The translations under genes and the position numbers were made by a program. Below are positions 1-9,304 of a DNA stretch of 64,000 bases, in pieces; position 1 is the stretch's first letter, and each line of letters begins with the position of its first letter. This DNA comes from an uncultured Actinomycetes bacterium. GTDB lineage: Bacteria; Actinomycetota; UBA4738; HRBIN12. A model generated the notes under the pieces. It searched no databases and was not told where the DNA came from. It saw only the letters and a list, made by a program, of their open reading frames with translations. The DNA lies in assembly GCA_963704885.1 (NCBI GenBank), contig CAVPIB010000004.1, forward strand, positions 96,001-160,000, read 5' to 3'.

Positions 1-2
1 CG

Positions 3-584
3 GATCTGCTCGAAGGCGGGGAGAAGTACCGGAGGGTGTTCCGGTTCTGGACCGGAGACGACACCGACGCCTCGATCGTGATCGACGACGACGGCGCGCT
101 GTACGTGGCGAGCGAGTACCAACGGTTCAACGAACGATCTCAGCAGCTGGGACAGCTCATGAAGCTCAACCCCGCGCACCCGAACGCCCCGGTCGTGTGG
201 AGCATCCCGGCAACGGAGATCGGATTCGAGGGGGCCGGAGGGAGTTGGTCGACGCCGGCGCTCTACGGCGACCACGTCTACTTCACGACGGCGGCCGGCC
301 GCGTGTTGGAGGTCGATCGCGAGACCGGTGAGATCGTGTGGGAGCTGGATATCGGGTCACCCGCGATCGCGTCGCCTGTCGTGGTGGACGGCGTGTTGAT
401 CCAAGGGGACTGCACGGGGGCGCTGTACGCCTGGGACGTGTCCGACCCCACGAAACGGCCACCCCGGCTCTGGACTCTCCACCTCCCCGGCTGCGTGGAG
501 TCGACCCCGGCGGTGTGGCACGGGTGGATCTATGTGGGCACCCGAGCAGGACAGCTGTACGGGCTGGCGGATCCTCCCAAGTAG
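3..584 (+). CDS. PQQ-like beta-propeller repeat protein (BamB-like), 5'-truncated by the window edge
   Basis: Frame is open from base 3. Repeated 'STPA/SPVV..G.VY.G...G.LY.L' blades and 'TGEIVW'. Confidence 0.75.
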   Translation, partial: DLLEGGEKYRRVFRFWTGDDTDASIVIDDDGALYVASEYQRFNERSQQLGQLMKLNPAHPNAPVVWSIPATEIGFEGAGGSWSTPALYGDHVYFTTAAGRVLEVDRETGEIVWELDIGSPAIASPVVVDGVLIQGDCTGALYAWDVSDPTKRPPRLWTLHLPGCVESTPAVWHGWIYVGTRAGQLYGLADPPK

Positions 585-587
585 CGG

Positions 588-1529
588 TCAAGAAAGGAAC
601 GGGAACTCGGCCCGCAGCTGCGAGGTGTGCCAGGCGACGAGCGCGAACCCCGCCAGGATCAGTCCGCCGAAGCCGAGGATGAGGATGGCTCGCCGCTGGG
701 GGGCCGACCCAACGCCTTCAGCCGCGAACCCCGCGACCAGTCCTGCCAGGAACCCGCCGACGTGCGCGCGCCAGTCGATCCCAGGTACCGATAGCGAGAA
801 CACCGCGTTGATCACCAAGAGCATCACGGCACCTCGAAGGCGCGCCGACGCGATCGCCAGATGCCGGCGACGGTAGTTGTAGGTCACGAACGCTCCGAAG
901 ATCCCGAAGACTGCCCCGGAGGCGCCCACCCCCACGGCGTTCGGGCCGAACGCGTAAGACGCAGCGCTCGCGAAGAACCCGGCCGCGAAGAAGATCAGCA
1001 GGAACCGCAGATGTCCGAGCTCCCGCTCGACCACCGAGCCGAATATCCAAAGGGCATACGCGTTGAACGCGATGTGGAACAGGCCGGCGTGAAGGAACAC
1101 CGCCGTCATGAGCCGCCAGTATTGGCCCGTGGCGACACCGATCAGTCCGCCGTCAGCGCTCTGGGCCAAGGCCACCGACGCACCCAGGTCGACCAACCTA
1201 TCTATGGACGGCCCGGTCATGAGTGAGCCGGCCCCGCCCGAGACGATCTCGAGCAGGTACGCCGCCCCGATCAAGCCGAGCAGGATCGACGTGGCAGTGG
1301 CTCCTCTGCGGATGTTCGCCACGGCGACCCGTCGTCCCGGGCCCTTGCGGTACTCGCTGCGGGCCTCGGCCACGCAGTCGGGGCAGTGGTGGCCGACCGG
1401 CGCGGGGATCATGCAATCGGGGCAGATGGGGCGCCCACAGCGCGTGCAATGCACACCTGTCTCGACCTCCGGGTGCCGGTAACAGCGCTCTGTGGTCGGC
1501 GGGGGTGGGAGCGTGGCCGCCTCGTCCAT
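588..1529 (-). CDS. Rhomboid intramembrane serine protease with N-terminal B-box-like zinc finger
   Basis: CYRHP..C..C..C..C..C..C N-terminus; WRL, H...N, GASG (catalytic Ser) and AHVGG motifs. Confidence 0.92.
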   Translation of the reverse strand: MDEAATLPPPPTTERCYRHPEVETGVHCTRCGRPICPDCMIPAPVGHHCPDCVAEARSEYRKGPGRRVAVANIRRGATATSILLGLIGAAYLLEIVSGGAGSLMTGPSIDRLVDLGASVALAQSADGGLIGVATGQYWRLMTAVFLHAGLFHIAFNAYALWIFGSVVERELGHLRFLLIFFAAGFFASAASYAFGPNAVGVGASGAVFGIFGAFVTYNYRRRHLAIASARLRGAVMLLVINAVFSLSVPGIDWRAHVGGFLAGLVAGFAAEGVGSAPQRRAILILGFGGLILAGFALVAWHTSQLRAEFPFLS

Positions 1530-1568
1530 CCGGCCATGGTACGGGTCGGGACCGGCTGCGTTGGCGGA

Positions 1569-2510
1569 TCAGGTCGGAGCGTGCGATCCGTGTTCGTGGG
1601 GATCGACGTGAACCGAGACCTCGCCCAAGCGCGGGACCTGGCTGAGCAGTGCCGCCCGGACGCTCTCGGCGATGTCGTGCCCCGACTCAACAGATATGCG
1701 GGGAGCGACGTCGATCGCCAGCTCGGCACGCAGGCTGTGTCCGATCCACCGAGCTCGGGTCTCCGTGACGTGCTCCACGCCCGGGACGGCCGCCGCCGCC
1801 GTTTCCATCAAACGGACCGTCGCCTCATCCGTCCCGTCCAGGATGCGATGCAAGACCGCCCTGGTCGCTTCGATGAGCGTGTAGATGATCACGAGTGAGA
1901 TCAGCAGGCCGAAGAACGCATCGGCCCTGGCGAAACCGGCCATGACTCCCACCGAGCCGGCGACCACACCCAGCGACGTGAGGCCATCGGCGCGTGCATG
2001 GAGGCCGTCCGCCACGAGAGCCGCTGAGCCGATCCGGCGCCCGACCCGGATGCGATATACGGCGACCGCTTCGTTGCCGGCGAACCCGATGATGCCGGCC
2101 GCGAGTACGACGCCGACGTGGCGGAGCGACGTCGGGTGTCTCAGCCGGTCGATCGCCTCGACGGTCGCGAAGACCGCGGACGCGGCGATGAGCAGAACGA
2201 TAGCCAGGCCCGCGACGTCCTCGGCACGGTGGTACCCGTAGGTGTACCGGTGGTTGGCGGGCCGTCGGCTCAGCCGGAAGGCGATCAACAGCGGGACGGC
2301 CGTCAGCGCGTCCGTGAAGTTGTGGATCGTGTCGGCGAGCAGAGCGACGGACCCCGTCAGCAGGACGACCACGAGTTGCGCGACGGCGGTAAGGCCGAGG
2401 AGACCGAGGGAGATCCACGTGGTGCGAACTCCGCTCGCGGTGGCGAGCAACGCGGCGTCGGGGGTCCCGAAGTGTTCGTGCGGATGTAGGTGCCGTTCGT
2501 CGTCTACCAT
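1569..2510 (-). CDS. Cation diffusion facilitator (CDF) metal transporter
   Basis: SVALLADTIHNFTD, YTYGYHRAE, ADGLHARAD, HVDPH; His-rich termini. Confidence 0.92.
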   Translation of the reverse strand: MVDDERHLHPHEHFGTPDAALLATASGVRTTWISLGLLGLTAVAQLVVVLLTGSVALLADTIHNFTDALTAVPLLIAFRLSRRPANHRYTYGYHRAEDVAGLAIVLLIAASAVFATVEAIDRLRHPTSLRHVGVVLAAGIIGFAGNEAVAVYRIRVGRRIGSAALVADGLHARADGLTSLGVVAGSVGVMAGFARADAFFGLLISLVIIYTLIEATRAVLHRILDGTDEATVRLMETAAAAVPGVEHVTETRARWIGHSLRAELAIDVAPRISVESGHDIAESVRAALLSQVPRLGEVSVHVDPHEHGSHAPT

Positions 2511-2554
2511 CGGTTGGACCGATGGTAGTCAGCGCGAGGCCGCGAGGTCAGGAG

Positions 2555-2586
2555 TCATGCGCTCATGCGCTCATGCGCTCATGCGC
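2555..2586. repeat. Tandem repeat (TCATGCGC)x4
   Basis: Four exact 8-mers at 2555, 2563, 2571 and 2579, spanning the lipoprotein stop codon. Confidence 0.9.
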
Positions 2587-3560
2587 GGAAGTTGGGCCAG
2601 CTCCTCGGCGATCTCGTCCTGATCGAAGAGCGGTCCCCAACGGTCCACGATGATCCCGTCGGAACCGATCAGGTAGACCCACGGCTCCGTGAGATCGCCG
2701 TTTCGAAAGAGCCAGTCCGCGGCAGCCTTGTTGATGACCTGCTCCGAGGCGTTGCGCCAGATCTCGACGTGTATGAAGACGGCGCGGTCCGAGTAGCGCT
2801 CGGCGAGGTCGGCCACCGAGTCCACCTCGGGGCCGCAGAACAGGCTCACGCAGAACGTTGGGGTGGCGAAGATCACGACGATCGGCCGGTGCGCGATGAG
2901 CGCGTCGGCGATCGTGGTCGCGTGCAGCTCGGGGTCGGGCACGTCCTCCCCGTCGAGGGCGCGCGAGTCGATCGCCGACGCAGGAGCGTCCGTCGAGTCC
3001 ATGGTTAGGTTCTCTGTGCGGAGGGCTTCGTCGCCCGGTGCGGGCAGCGTGTGTAGTTCTCCGACCGGGAACGTCGTAGTGAGGGTTTGTGTGCCGGAGC
3101 CCGGGATGTCGGCGGTGACCTCCGCCTGCCAGACGCCGGCCTGTTCGAACACCACCCCTTCCGCCTGATAGATGCCTCTGGCCTCGGAGGGCGCCGACAG
3201 CTCAGGAGTGGCTCCGCCCTCCGGCATGCCGAAAGCGCTCAGGTAGGTCCCTCTCACGTCTTGTCCCGGCTCCGATGAGCTCGATCCGTCGCCGAGGAAC
3301 GTGAAACGGAACGTGACCTGGCCGAAGGTGAGCAACTTCACGCCGTCTGCGTCGCTCGAGAAGATCCCGAGCGAGAACCTCTGCGGCGAACCGGCGGCCA
3401 GGTCGGCGCTCGCGACCGACGCCGCGAGCGAGGAAGCCGCGGTGGCGGATGAGGACGGATCCGCGACGACGGGGTCGTCCGATCCCGTACAGGCGCCCGC
3501 CAAGAGACCGACGGTGAGCGCGATCGATAGGAGGATCCGGCGGGAGGGCATCGCGTTCAT
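2571..3560 (-). CDS. Lipoprotein with C-terminal thioredoxin-like domain
   Basis: Signal peptide with lipobox LLAGA-C; 'VVIFATPTFCVSLFCGP', 'AVFIHVEIW', 'EPWVYLIGSDG'. Start moved from 3668 to ATG 3560 (3551 also possible). Confidence 0.7.
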   Translation of the reverse strand: MNAMPSRRILLSIALTVGLLAGACTGSDDPVVADPSSSATAASSLAASVASADLAAGSPQRFSLGIFSSDADGVKLLTFGQVTFRFTFLGDGSSSSEPGQDVRGTYLSAFGMPEGGATPELSAPSEARGIYQAEGVVFEQAGVWQAEVTADIPGSGTQTLTTTFPVGELHTLPAPGDEALRTENLTMDSTDAPASAIDSRALDGEDVPDPELHATTIADALIAHRPIVVIFATPTFCVSLFCGPEVDSVADLAERYSDRAVFIHVEIWRNASEQVINKAAADWLFRNGDLTEPWVYLIGSDGIIVDRWGPLFDQDEIAEELAQLPRMSA

Positions 3561-3588
3561 CTTCTCGCGTCCGGCTCGTAACGACCGG

Positions 3589-4098
3589 TCAGAGCGAGCC
3601 CTCGTGGCGAAGGAGCCATCGCTTGCGGTCCTCGAACCGGCCGTACCCTCCGACCGTCCCTCCCACATGAACGACGCGATGGCAGGGCACGTAGAGCTCC
3701 ATGGGGCAGCGGCTCAAGGCGTTCCCCGCGGCCCGTCCGCCCCTTGGGGAGCCGGCTGCGGCCGCTATGTCTCCGTAGGTGGCGAGCTCCCCGAACGCGA
3801 CCCTGATCGTTGCGTCCAGGACCCTGCGCCCGAACCCTCCCGGAGCTAGCGAGAGATCCACAGGGGTTCGGAACGGACGGGGAGAGCCACCGAAGTAGCC
3901 GCCGATCTCCCGGCGAACGGATGCGAGCCCCCGACCGTGACGCGCGATCGGGACATCGAGTCTCTGCTCGATCCGCTCGAGCTCCACGTCGAGGTCCCCG
4001 TCGTCGAAGGACGTAGCCACGACACCCCGAGGGGTCACCACGATGGCGAGCCTCCCGAGAGGCGTCTCGACCGTGGTGCAGACCGGTACGTCCATCAC
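3589..4098 (-). CDS. ogt: Methylated-DNA--protein-cysteine methyltransferase
   Basis: PCHRV active site, TYGDIA, RAAGNA, KRWLLRHE. Confidence 0.92.
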   Translation of the reverse strand: MMDVPVCTTVETPLGRLAIVVTPRGVVATSFDDGDLDVELERIEQRLDVPIARHGRGLASVRREIGGYFGGSPRPFRTPVDLSLAPGGFGRRVLDATIRVAFGELATYGDIAAAAGSPRGGRAAGNALSRCPMELYVPCHRVVHVGGTVGGYGRFEDRKRWLLRHEGSL

Positions 4099-4805
4099 AC
4101 CGGCGGCCAGGGATAGGGACGTCCCGGTCCCGGCTCGGGGAAGGCGCCGGTCTCGATCACCGTCTGGATCCGGTCGCCGAGCGCCTGGAGTTCCTCGACC
4201 GACAGCAGCTCGGCCAGTTCGTCACGGAGCGCACCCTGTCCCAGGCGCTCTCGCAGCTGAGTCAGGTCTGCCAGGATCTCCGGCTCGATCGTCTCGCCGA
4301 CGAACCTCCAGATCACCGTGCGGAGCTTCGCCTCGTGGTGGAAGCAGACGCCGTGATCCACCACCCAGATCGTGTCGTCGGGGGCTAGGAGGCAATGGCC
4401 CCCTTTGCGATCGGCGTTGTTGGCGATGAGATCGAACACGGCGACGCGCCGGAACACGTCGTCCCTCGTTCCCTCCAGGGTGAAGTAGTGCTCGGCAGGG
4501 TCGAACTCCATGAACAGTTGCACCGAGCCGGGACCCTCGGGGCCGTCCCGGAGCAGGGTGGGAGGAACATCGGGCCATCCGAGCTCGCGAGCGACCAGGT
4601 ACGCCGCAACTTCCCTCTGACAGAGGGTCCCTCGCGGGAAGTCCCACAGGGGCGTCTCGCCCCGTCTCGGCTTGTACACGGCCAGGACATCGCGCTCCGG
4701 GGTCCGCGCGCGTGCCAAGAACGTGTAGTTCGATGAGTTCGGTAGCAGGCCAAGGAGCTCGATCTCTCCGGAGGCTAGGGCGGAGAGCTCCAGCGGATGG
4801 GTCAC
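4095..4805 (-). CDS. SCO1664-family protein (PI3/PI4-kinase-like fold)
   Basis: SNYTF, VYKP..GE.PLWDFP, REVAAY, NNADRKGGH, DHG. Start taken as GTG 4805 overlapping the upstream stop (4838 also possible). Confidence 0.85.
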   Translation of the reverse strand: MTHPLELSALASGEIELLGLLPNSSNYTFLARARTPERDVLAVYKPRRGETPLWDFPRGTLCQREVAAYLVARELGWPDVPPTLLRDGPEGPGSVQLFMEFDPAEHYFTLEGTRDDVFRRVAVFDLIANNADRKGGHCLLAPDDTIWVVDHGVCFHHEAKLRTVIWRFVGETIEPEILADLTQLRERLGQGALRDELAELLSVEELQALGDRIQTVIETGAFPEPGPGRPYPWPPV

Positions 4806-5326
4806 GCGCGCTTCGAGTGCCCGTTCATGGCGGGGCATGCGTGGAGGCCCTCCGGGTCGAGCGGGTTGCCGCAGAACTGACACGTGGGGCGTCCGCGGTC
4901 GGCCACCTCCGCGGAGTGTCGCGAGAGGGCGAACATCTGCTCACGCGTTGCCCACAGGCGGAGGATCTCGGCCTCGGAGCGGAGGAGTAGCTCCGGGTCA
5001 CCTTCATCGAGGTCGGGTTGGAACTCCTCGATCTCCAACATGAACAGGTCGGAGTCCTCCTCGTAGCCGATCGACAGCCGCCCGGCGCGCCACCGCAGTT
5101 CGAACGGCTCTTCTAGATCCAAGGCGTCCTCGTCTGGCCCTGTCCCGGTCTCGAGGCCGATCGTGGCGAGCAGATCGAGCACCGACGCTGCGAGGAGTTG
5201 CACCTGCTCCTTCTCAACGAGCACCGTGACCAGGTCGTCGCCACGGCGCGCCTGAAGGTAGAACGTGCGCGCTCCAGGCTCCCCGATGGCGTCCGCGGTG
5301 ATGCGATCCACGCGGTCGAGGTCCAT
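4802..5326 (-). CDS. DUF3090 family protein
   Basis: GEPGARTFYLQA, EKEQV, GRP.C..CG.P.DP.G.H.CP..NG; usual neighbour of SCO1664. Confidence 0.85.
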   Translation of the reverse strand: MDLDRVDRITADAIGEPGARTFYLQARRGDDLVTVLVEKEQVQLLAASVLDLLATIGLETGTGPDEDALDLEEPFELRWRAGRLSIGYEEDSDLFMLEIEEFQPDLDEGDPELLLRSEAEILRLWATREQMFALSRHSAEVADRGRPTCQFCGNPLDPEGLHACPAMNGHSKRA

Positions 5327-5331
5327 GCCGC

Positions 5332-5976
5332 CTATCCTCGCAGGTTCCGTTTCGGGCGCGGTGGGGGAGCGAAGCGCGCCAGGCCGCCGCCGTCATCGTT
5401 CACCAGCAAGACGTGTGGTTCTCCCTGTCCGAGGTGCACCACAGACACGGAGGCCGGGTCGACGACAGTACGTTGGAAGCGATCCAGGTGCGCGCCGGCA
5501 TTGTGGGCCACGAGCATCCGGATCACGTCGCCGTGCGAGCCGACCGCCACGCGGCCACGCGGATGGCGGGCGACGATGGCATGCACCTCGGCCAGCGCCC
5601 GCGCCATCGCCTCGGCGAACGATTCTCCCTCAGGGAACCGGAAATGCGATGGTCGCTCGATAACCTCCCGCCACAACCGGGTGCGGCGGAGCTGCGCCAA
5701 AGAGCGGTTCGTCCAGGTGCCAGTGTCCATCTCGACCAGACCGGCACGTGGCACGACCTCGAGTTTCTGGCGGGCGCCCAGAGGCTCCATGGTCTGCATG
5801 CAGCGTTCCAGCGGGCTCGAATAGAGGGCGGTGAGGCGCACACTCGAGAATCGTTCGGCCAGCCGTTCGGCTTGAGCGCGCCCGCGATCGTCGAGCGGTA
5901 TGCCGGGCGTCCGGCCGTAGAGGGTCATGCCGGTGACGGCCGTGAGTCCGTGACGGATCAGGAAGAGGGTGGTCAT
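5332..5976 (-). CDS. Histidine phosphatase (MSMEG_4193-like phosphomutase)
   Basis: LIRHG, SSPLERC, GES and SHGD motifs. Confidence 0.88.
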   Translation of the reverse strand: MTTLFLIRHGLTAVTGMTLYGRTPGIPLDDRGRAQAERLAERFSSVRLTALYSSPLERCMQTMEPLGARQKLEVVPRAGLVEMDTGTWTNRSLAQLRRTRLWREVIERPSHFRFPEGESFAEAMARALAEVHAIVARHPRGRVAVGSHGDVIRMLVAHNAGAHLDRFQRTVVDPASVSVVHLGQGEPHVLLVNDDGGGLARFAPPPRPKRNLRG

Positions 5977-6014
5977 GGGCGCCCGCAGCATACGCGGCGG
6001 CCGGACCGTCCGAG

Positions 6015-7196
6015 CTACGTGGGGATCGGTTCCGACCCGGGGTCGGTCCCGATCGGCAGGCGAACCTCGAACGTCGAGCCGCGGCCCAGCTCGCTTCGCA
6101 CCGTCACGGTTCCTCTGTGGTTCTCAGCCACATGCCGCACGATCGCCAAGCCGAGTCCGGTGCCCCCGGTCTCACGCGATCGCGCCCGATCCACGCGGTA
6201 GAAACGTTCGAACACGCGGGGGATGTCCTTGGTCGGGATGCCTACCCCGGAATCCTCCACCCGCAGGACCACCTCGTTCGATACGGCTGACACTGTGACG
6301 TGCACGGTGCCTCCGGAGGGCGTGTATCGGATGGCGTTGTCCAAGAGGTTGCGTACCAGGAGGCCGAGATCTCGCGCGGAGCCTTGGATCGAAGGAACGG
6401 GCTCGACGTCGATCGTCAGCGACAGGTCGGTCTCGCGTGCGGCTTCCTGGAAGCGCCGTCCCTCATCGTGAACCAGTCGATCGATCGGAACGGCGTCGCT
6501 CAGTTCGCTCCCGGACTCCAAGCGGGACAGGTCGAGTAGGTCGCTCACGATCCGCGACAGTCGGATCGCCTCCCGCTCCAGCTGTTGGGCGAAGTGTTGG
6601 ACCGCGTCCGGGTCATCCTGAGCGGCGTGCCGAAGGGTCTCCGCGGCGGCTCGGATCGACGCGGCGGGCGTCTTCAGCTCGTGCGATGCGTTCGCCACGA
6701 AGTCCCTCCTGATGGCCTCGAGGCGCCTTGCCTCGGTCACGTCGCCGATGACGACAACGACGGATCCGTCGGCGCCCGCAGGCGTGGTGGTGACGCGTAG
6801 CCAACGGCTGGGCGATCCGATCTCGAAGTCGGCGATCTCGGCGTACCCCGTTTCCGCCGTCCGACGGATCATCTCCCGAAGCCCCGAGGGGAATACCTGC
6901 GCGAGCGCCTGGGGGCGCGACCCGAGGTGCCGCTCGATCGCGTCGTTGGCGAACGCCGTCCGCCAGCCGCCATCGAGGAGGAGCACGCCCTCCTTCATGG
7001 ATCCGAGGATGCGATCTTGTGCCTGTCGCTCCTCGCTCGCCGCCAGGGTGTGATCTTCGAGCTCCTCGGCCGAGCGTCGAGCGGCGCCCTCGAGAGCACG
7101 TATGCGGGCTCTTACGGAACGTCGTCCCGCCAAGTAGCCGGCGACGCCGGCGATCGCCCCGGCCACCAGCGAGCCCGTCACCATCGTCGTGCTCAT
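6015..7196 (-). CDS. senX3: Phosphate-sensing histidine kinase (SenX3/PhoR-like)
   Basis: DFVANASHELKTP H-box, NLLDNAIRY, DSGVGI, FERFYRVD, GTGLGL; divergent from pstS. Leaderless start after TACACT at 7204-7209. Confidence 0.85.
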   Translation of the reverse strand: MSTTMVTGSLVAGAIAGVAGYLAGRRSVRARIRALEGAARRSAEELEDHTLAASEERQAQDRILGSMKEGVLLLDGGWRTAFANDAIERHLGSRPQALAQVFPSGLREMIRRTAETGYAEIADFEIGSPSRWLRVTTTPAGADGSVVVVIGDVTEARRLEAIRRDFVANASHELKTPAASIRAAAETLRHAAQDDPDAVQHFAQQLEREAIRLSRIVSDLLDLSRLESGSELSDAVPIDRLVHDEGRRFQEAARETDLSLTIDVEPVPSIQGSARDLGLLVRNLLDNAIRYTPSGGTVHVTVSAVSNEVVLRVEDSGVGIPTKDIPRVFERFYRVDRARSRETGGTGLGLAIVRHVAENHRGTVTVRSELGRGSTFEVRLPIGTDPGSEPIPT

Positions 7197-7257
7197 CGAG
7201 CGCAGTGTAGGGGCCATCTGAGCTGCGGGTTCGCTGCGGTGGGCGCGCCTGCGGCGC

Positions 7258-7274
7258 GTTCACGCTCCGTTCAT
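7258..7274 (+). promoter_or_regulatory. Putative PHO box upstream of pstS
   Basis: GTTCAC (7258) and GTTCAT (7269) direct repeats, 11-nt period, matching the Streptomyces PhoP repeat unit. Confidence 0.7.
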
Positions 7275-7340
7275 CCTGGGGCCCTCGACCGGACATCCCT
7301 ACTCCCTAGCATCGTCTCGACACCCACGAGGAGGTAAGGG

Positions 7341-8339
7341 ATGCGGCAGGTGCGGCAGACTGGCATCGTCGTTGGGGTTCTCACTCTCATCCTCGTATCG
7401 ACCGCCTGCGGTGGGGATGCCAACGGTGGCGCCGGCGGAGCGGATCTCGCGGGGTCGCTCAGCATCTCGGGTTCGTCAACGGTCGAGCCGATCACGTCGC
7501 TCGTGGCCGAGAACTTCCGGTCGAGCAACCCTGGCGTCGACATCGTCGTCAACGGCCCCGGGACGAGCGATGGCTTCGCGCTCCTGTGCAACGGCGAGAC
7601 CGATATGAACGATGCCTCGCGTCAGATCAAGGACGAGGAGATCGCCTTATGCCAGGAGAACGGGATCGACTACCTCGAGCTAGCCATCGCGAAGGACGCG
7701 CTCACGGTCGTTGGCAACCCCGACAACCCGGTCGATTGCCTCTCGCTCGGTGACCTGTACGCGCTCTTCGGACCGGAATCCCAGGGCTTCGAGGATTGGT
7801 CGCAGGCGAACGCATTGGCGCAGGAAGTGGGCGGCAACGGCGGCTTCCCCGAAGTGCCCCTCACCATCGTGGCACCGGGTGAGGAGTCGGGCACGTACGG
7901 CTCGTTCATCGACCTCGCGACGAAGAGCATCGCCGAGGAGCGAGGCCAGGATCCCGATGACGTACTCCGGCCCGACTACCAGATCTCGGCCGACGACAAC
8001 GTGATCATCGACAGCGCGGGAGGGACGCCGGGCGGCCTCGGGTTCGTTGGTTTCGCCTACGCGCAGAACGCGGGCGGGTCGGTCAGGGAGTTCCAGATCG
8101 ACGATGGCGGAGGCTGCGTCGCGCCGAGTGAGGATACGGTGAACGATGGGACCTATCCGCTCGGGCGAACGCTCTATGTCTACGTAGGCAGAGAGAAGCT
8201 CGCCGGGAACGACGCCCTGGAGGCGTTCGTTGACTTCTACCTGAGCGACGAAGGACTCGCTGCGGCCACCGATGTCGGATACATCGCGTTGCCGGGGTCG
8301 GACCTCGATACGTCACGGGCAACCTGGGACTCCAGGTAG
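7341..8339 (+). CDS. pstS: Phosphate ABC transporter substrate-binding lipoprotein
   Basis: Lipobox STA-C, GSSTVEP, GTSDG, SGTYGSF, YPLGRTLY; RBS GAGGAGG. Confidence 0.93.
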   Translation: MRQVRQTGIVVGVLTLILVSTACGGDANGGAGGADLAGSLSISGSSTVEPITSLVAENFRSSNPGVDIVVNGPGTSDGFALLCNGETDMNDASRQIKDEEIALCQENGIDYLELAIAKDALTVVGNPDNPVDCLSLGDLYALFGPESQGFEDWSQANALAQEVGGNGGFPEVPLTIVAPGEESGTYGSFIDLATKSIAEERGQDPDDVLRPDYQISADDNVIIDSAGGTPGGLGFVGFAYAQNAGGSVREFQIDDGGGCVAPSEDTVNDGTYPLGRTLYVYVGREKLAGNDALEAFVDFYLSDEGLAAATDVGYIALPGSDLDTSRATWDSR

Positions 8340-8365
8340 GGGGCCCAGCGGAGCGGAGGCTGAAC

Positions 8366-9304
8366 GTGCAGGCGGCCACCGAAGGACCCATCACCGCGGA
8401 GGCGCTGCGGGGCAACCCGGCACGCCTCCATCGTGAACGCCGCATGAGAGGGCTGTTCTTCGCCGCCGCCCTCGGCTCGGTCGTCATCAGCCTTGCCATC
8501 GTCGCGAGCCTGGCCGGCGGAGCGGCCGATTTCCTGTCCAAGATCCAGCCATCCGATCTTTGGTCCGAGGGTTGGTTCCCTCGGAGGAACCTCTTCGATG
8601 TGAAGACGATCGTCGCTGGCACCCTGATCGTCGCGGGCATCGCCATGGTGGTCGCGGCCCCGCTCGGGCTCGGCGCAGCCCTGTATCTGTCGGAGTATGC
8701 CTCGCTTCGCGCGCGACGGTTCCTCAAGCCGATCGTCGAGACCCTCGCGAGCGTTCCGAGTGTCGTGATGGGTTTCTTCGCGCTCCGGGTCATCAGCCCG
8801 GACGTCATCCAGCGTTTCTTCGGATCGGACGTCCCACTCTTCAACCTGGCGGCCGGTGGACTGGCGGTGGGCCTGCTGGTCACGCCGCTCGTGGCCTCCG
8901 TGGCCGAGGATGCGATGCACGCGGTGCCCCACGCCTTGCGCGAGGCATCGTTCAGCCTGGGTGCTCGACGCCGGGCAACGAGTCTGCGCGTGGTGTTCCC
9001 GGCCGCGGTCTCCGGCATCACCGCCTCACTGATCCTCGGGGTCTCCCGAGCGATCGGCGAGACCATGATCGTCGCGATAGTGGCCGGCGGAACCGGGGGG
9101 TCGTTGTTCAACCTCGACCCGCTTCAGGGAGGTCAGACCATGACCGCGGCGATCACGGCTCTGGCTACGGGTTCCGATCAGGTCCGGGGCAGCGGCCCCG
9201 CCTACCCAAGCCTCTTCTTCGTAGGGATGCTGCTGTTCCTCATCACCCTCGCGCTCAACCTGGCCTCTGAGCGATTCGTCCGGCGTGTGGGGAGGCGGTA
9301 CTGA
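8366..9304 (+). CDS. pstC: Phosphate ABC transporter permease
   Basis: YLSEYA, LASVPSVV.G, SRAIGETMIV. Confidence 0.93.
   Translation: MQAATEGPITAEALRGNPARLHRERRMRGLFFAAALGSVVISLAIVASLAGGAADFLSKIQPSDLWSEGWFPRRNLFDVKTIVAGTLIVAGIAMVVAAPLGLGAALYLSEYASLRARRFLKPIVETLASVPSVVMGFFALRVISPDVIQRFFGSDVPLFNLAAGGLAVGLLVTPLVASVAEDAMHAVPHALREASFSLGARRRATSLRVVFPAAVSGITASLILGVSRAIGETMIVAIVAGGTGGSLFNLDPLQGGQTMTAAITALATGSDQVRGSGPAYPSLFFVGMLLFLITLALNLASERFVRRVGRRY

Noticed and set aside
4095-5976. Phosphatase-DUF3090-SCO1664 kinase-like triad as novel
   Set aside because: An already recognised conserved actinobacterial cluster; nothing unusual in this copy.
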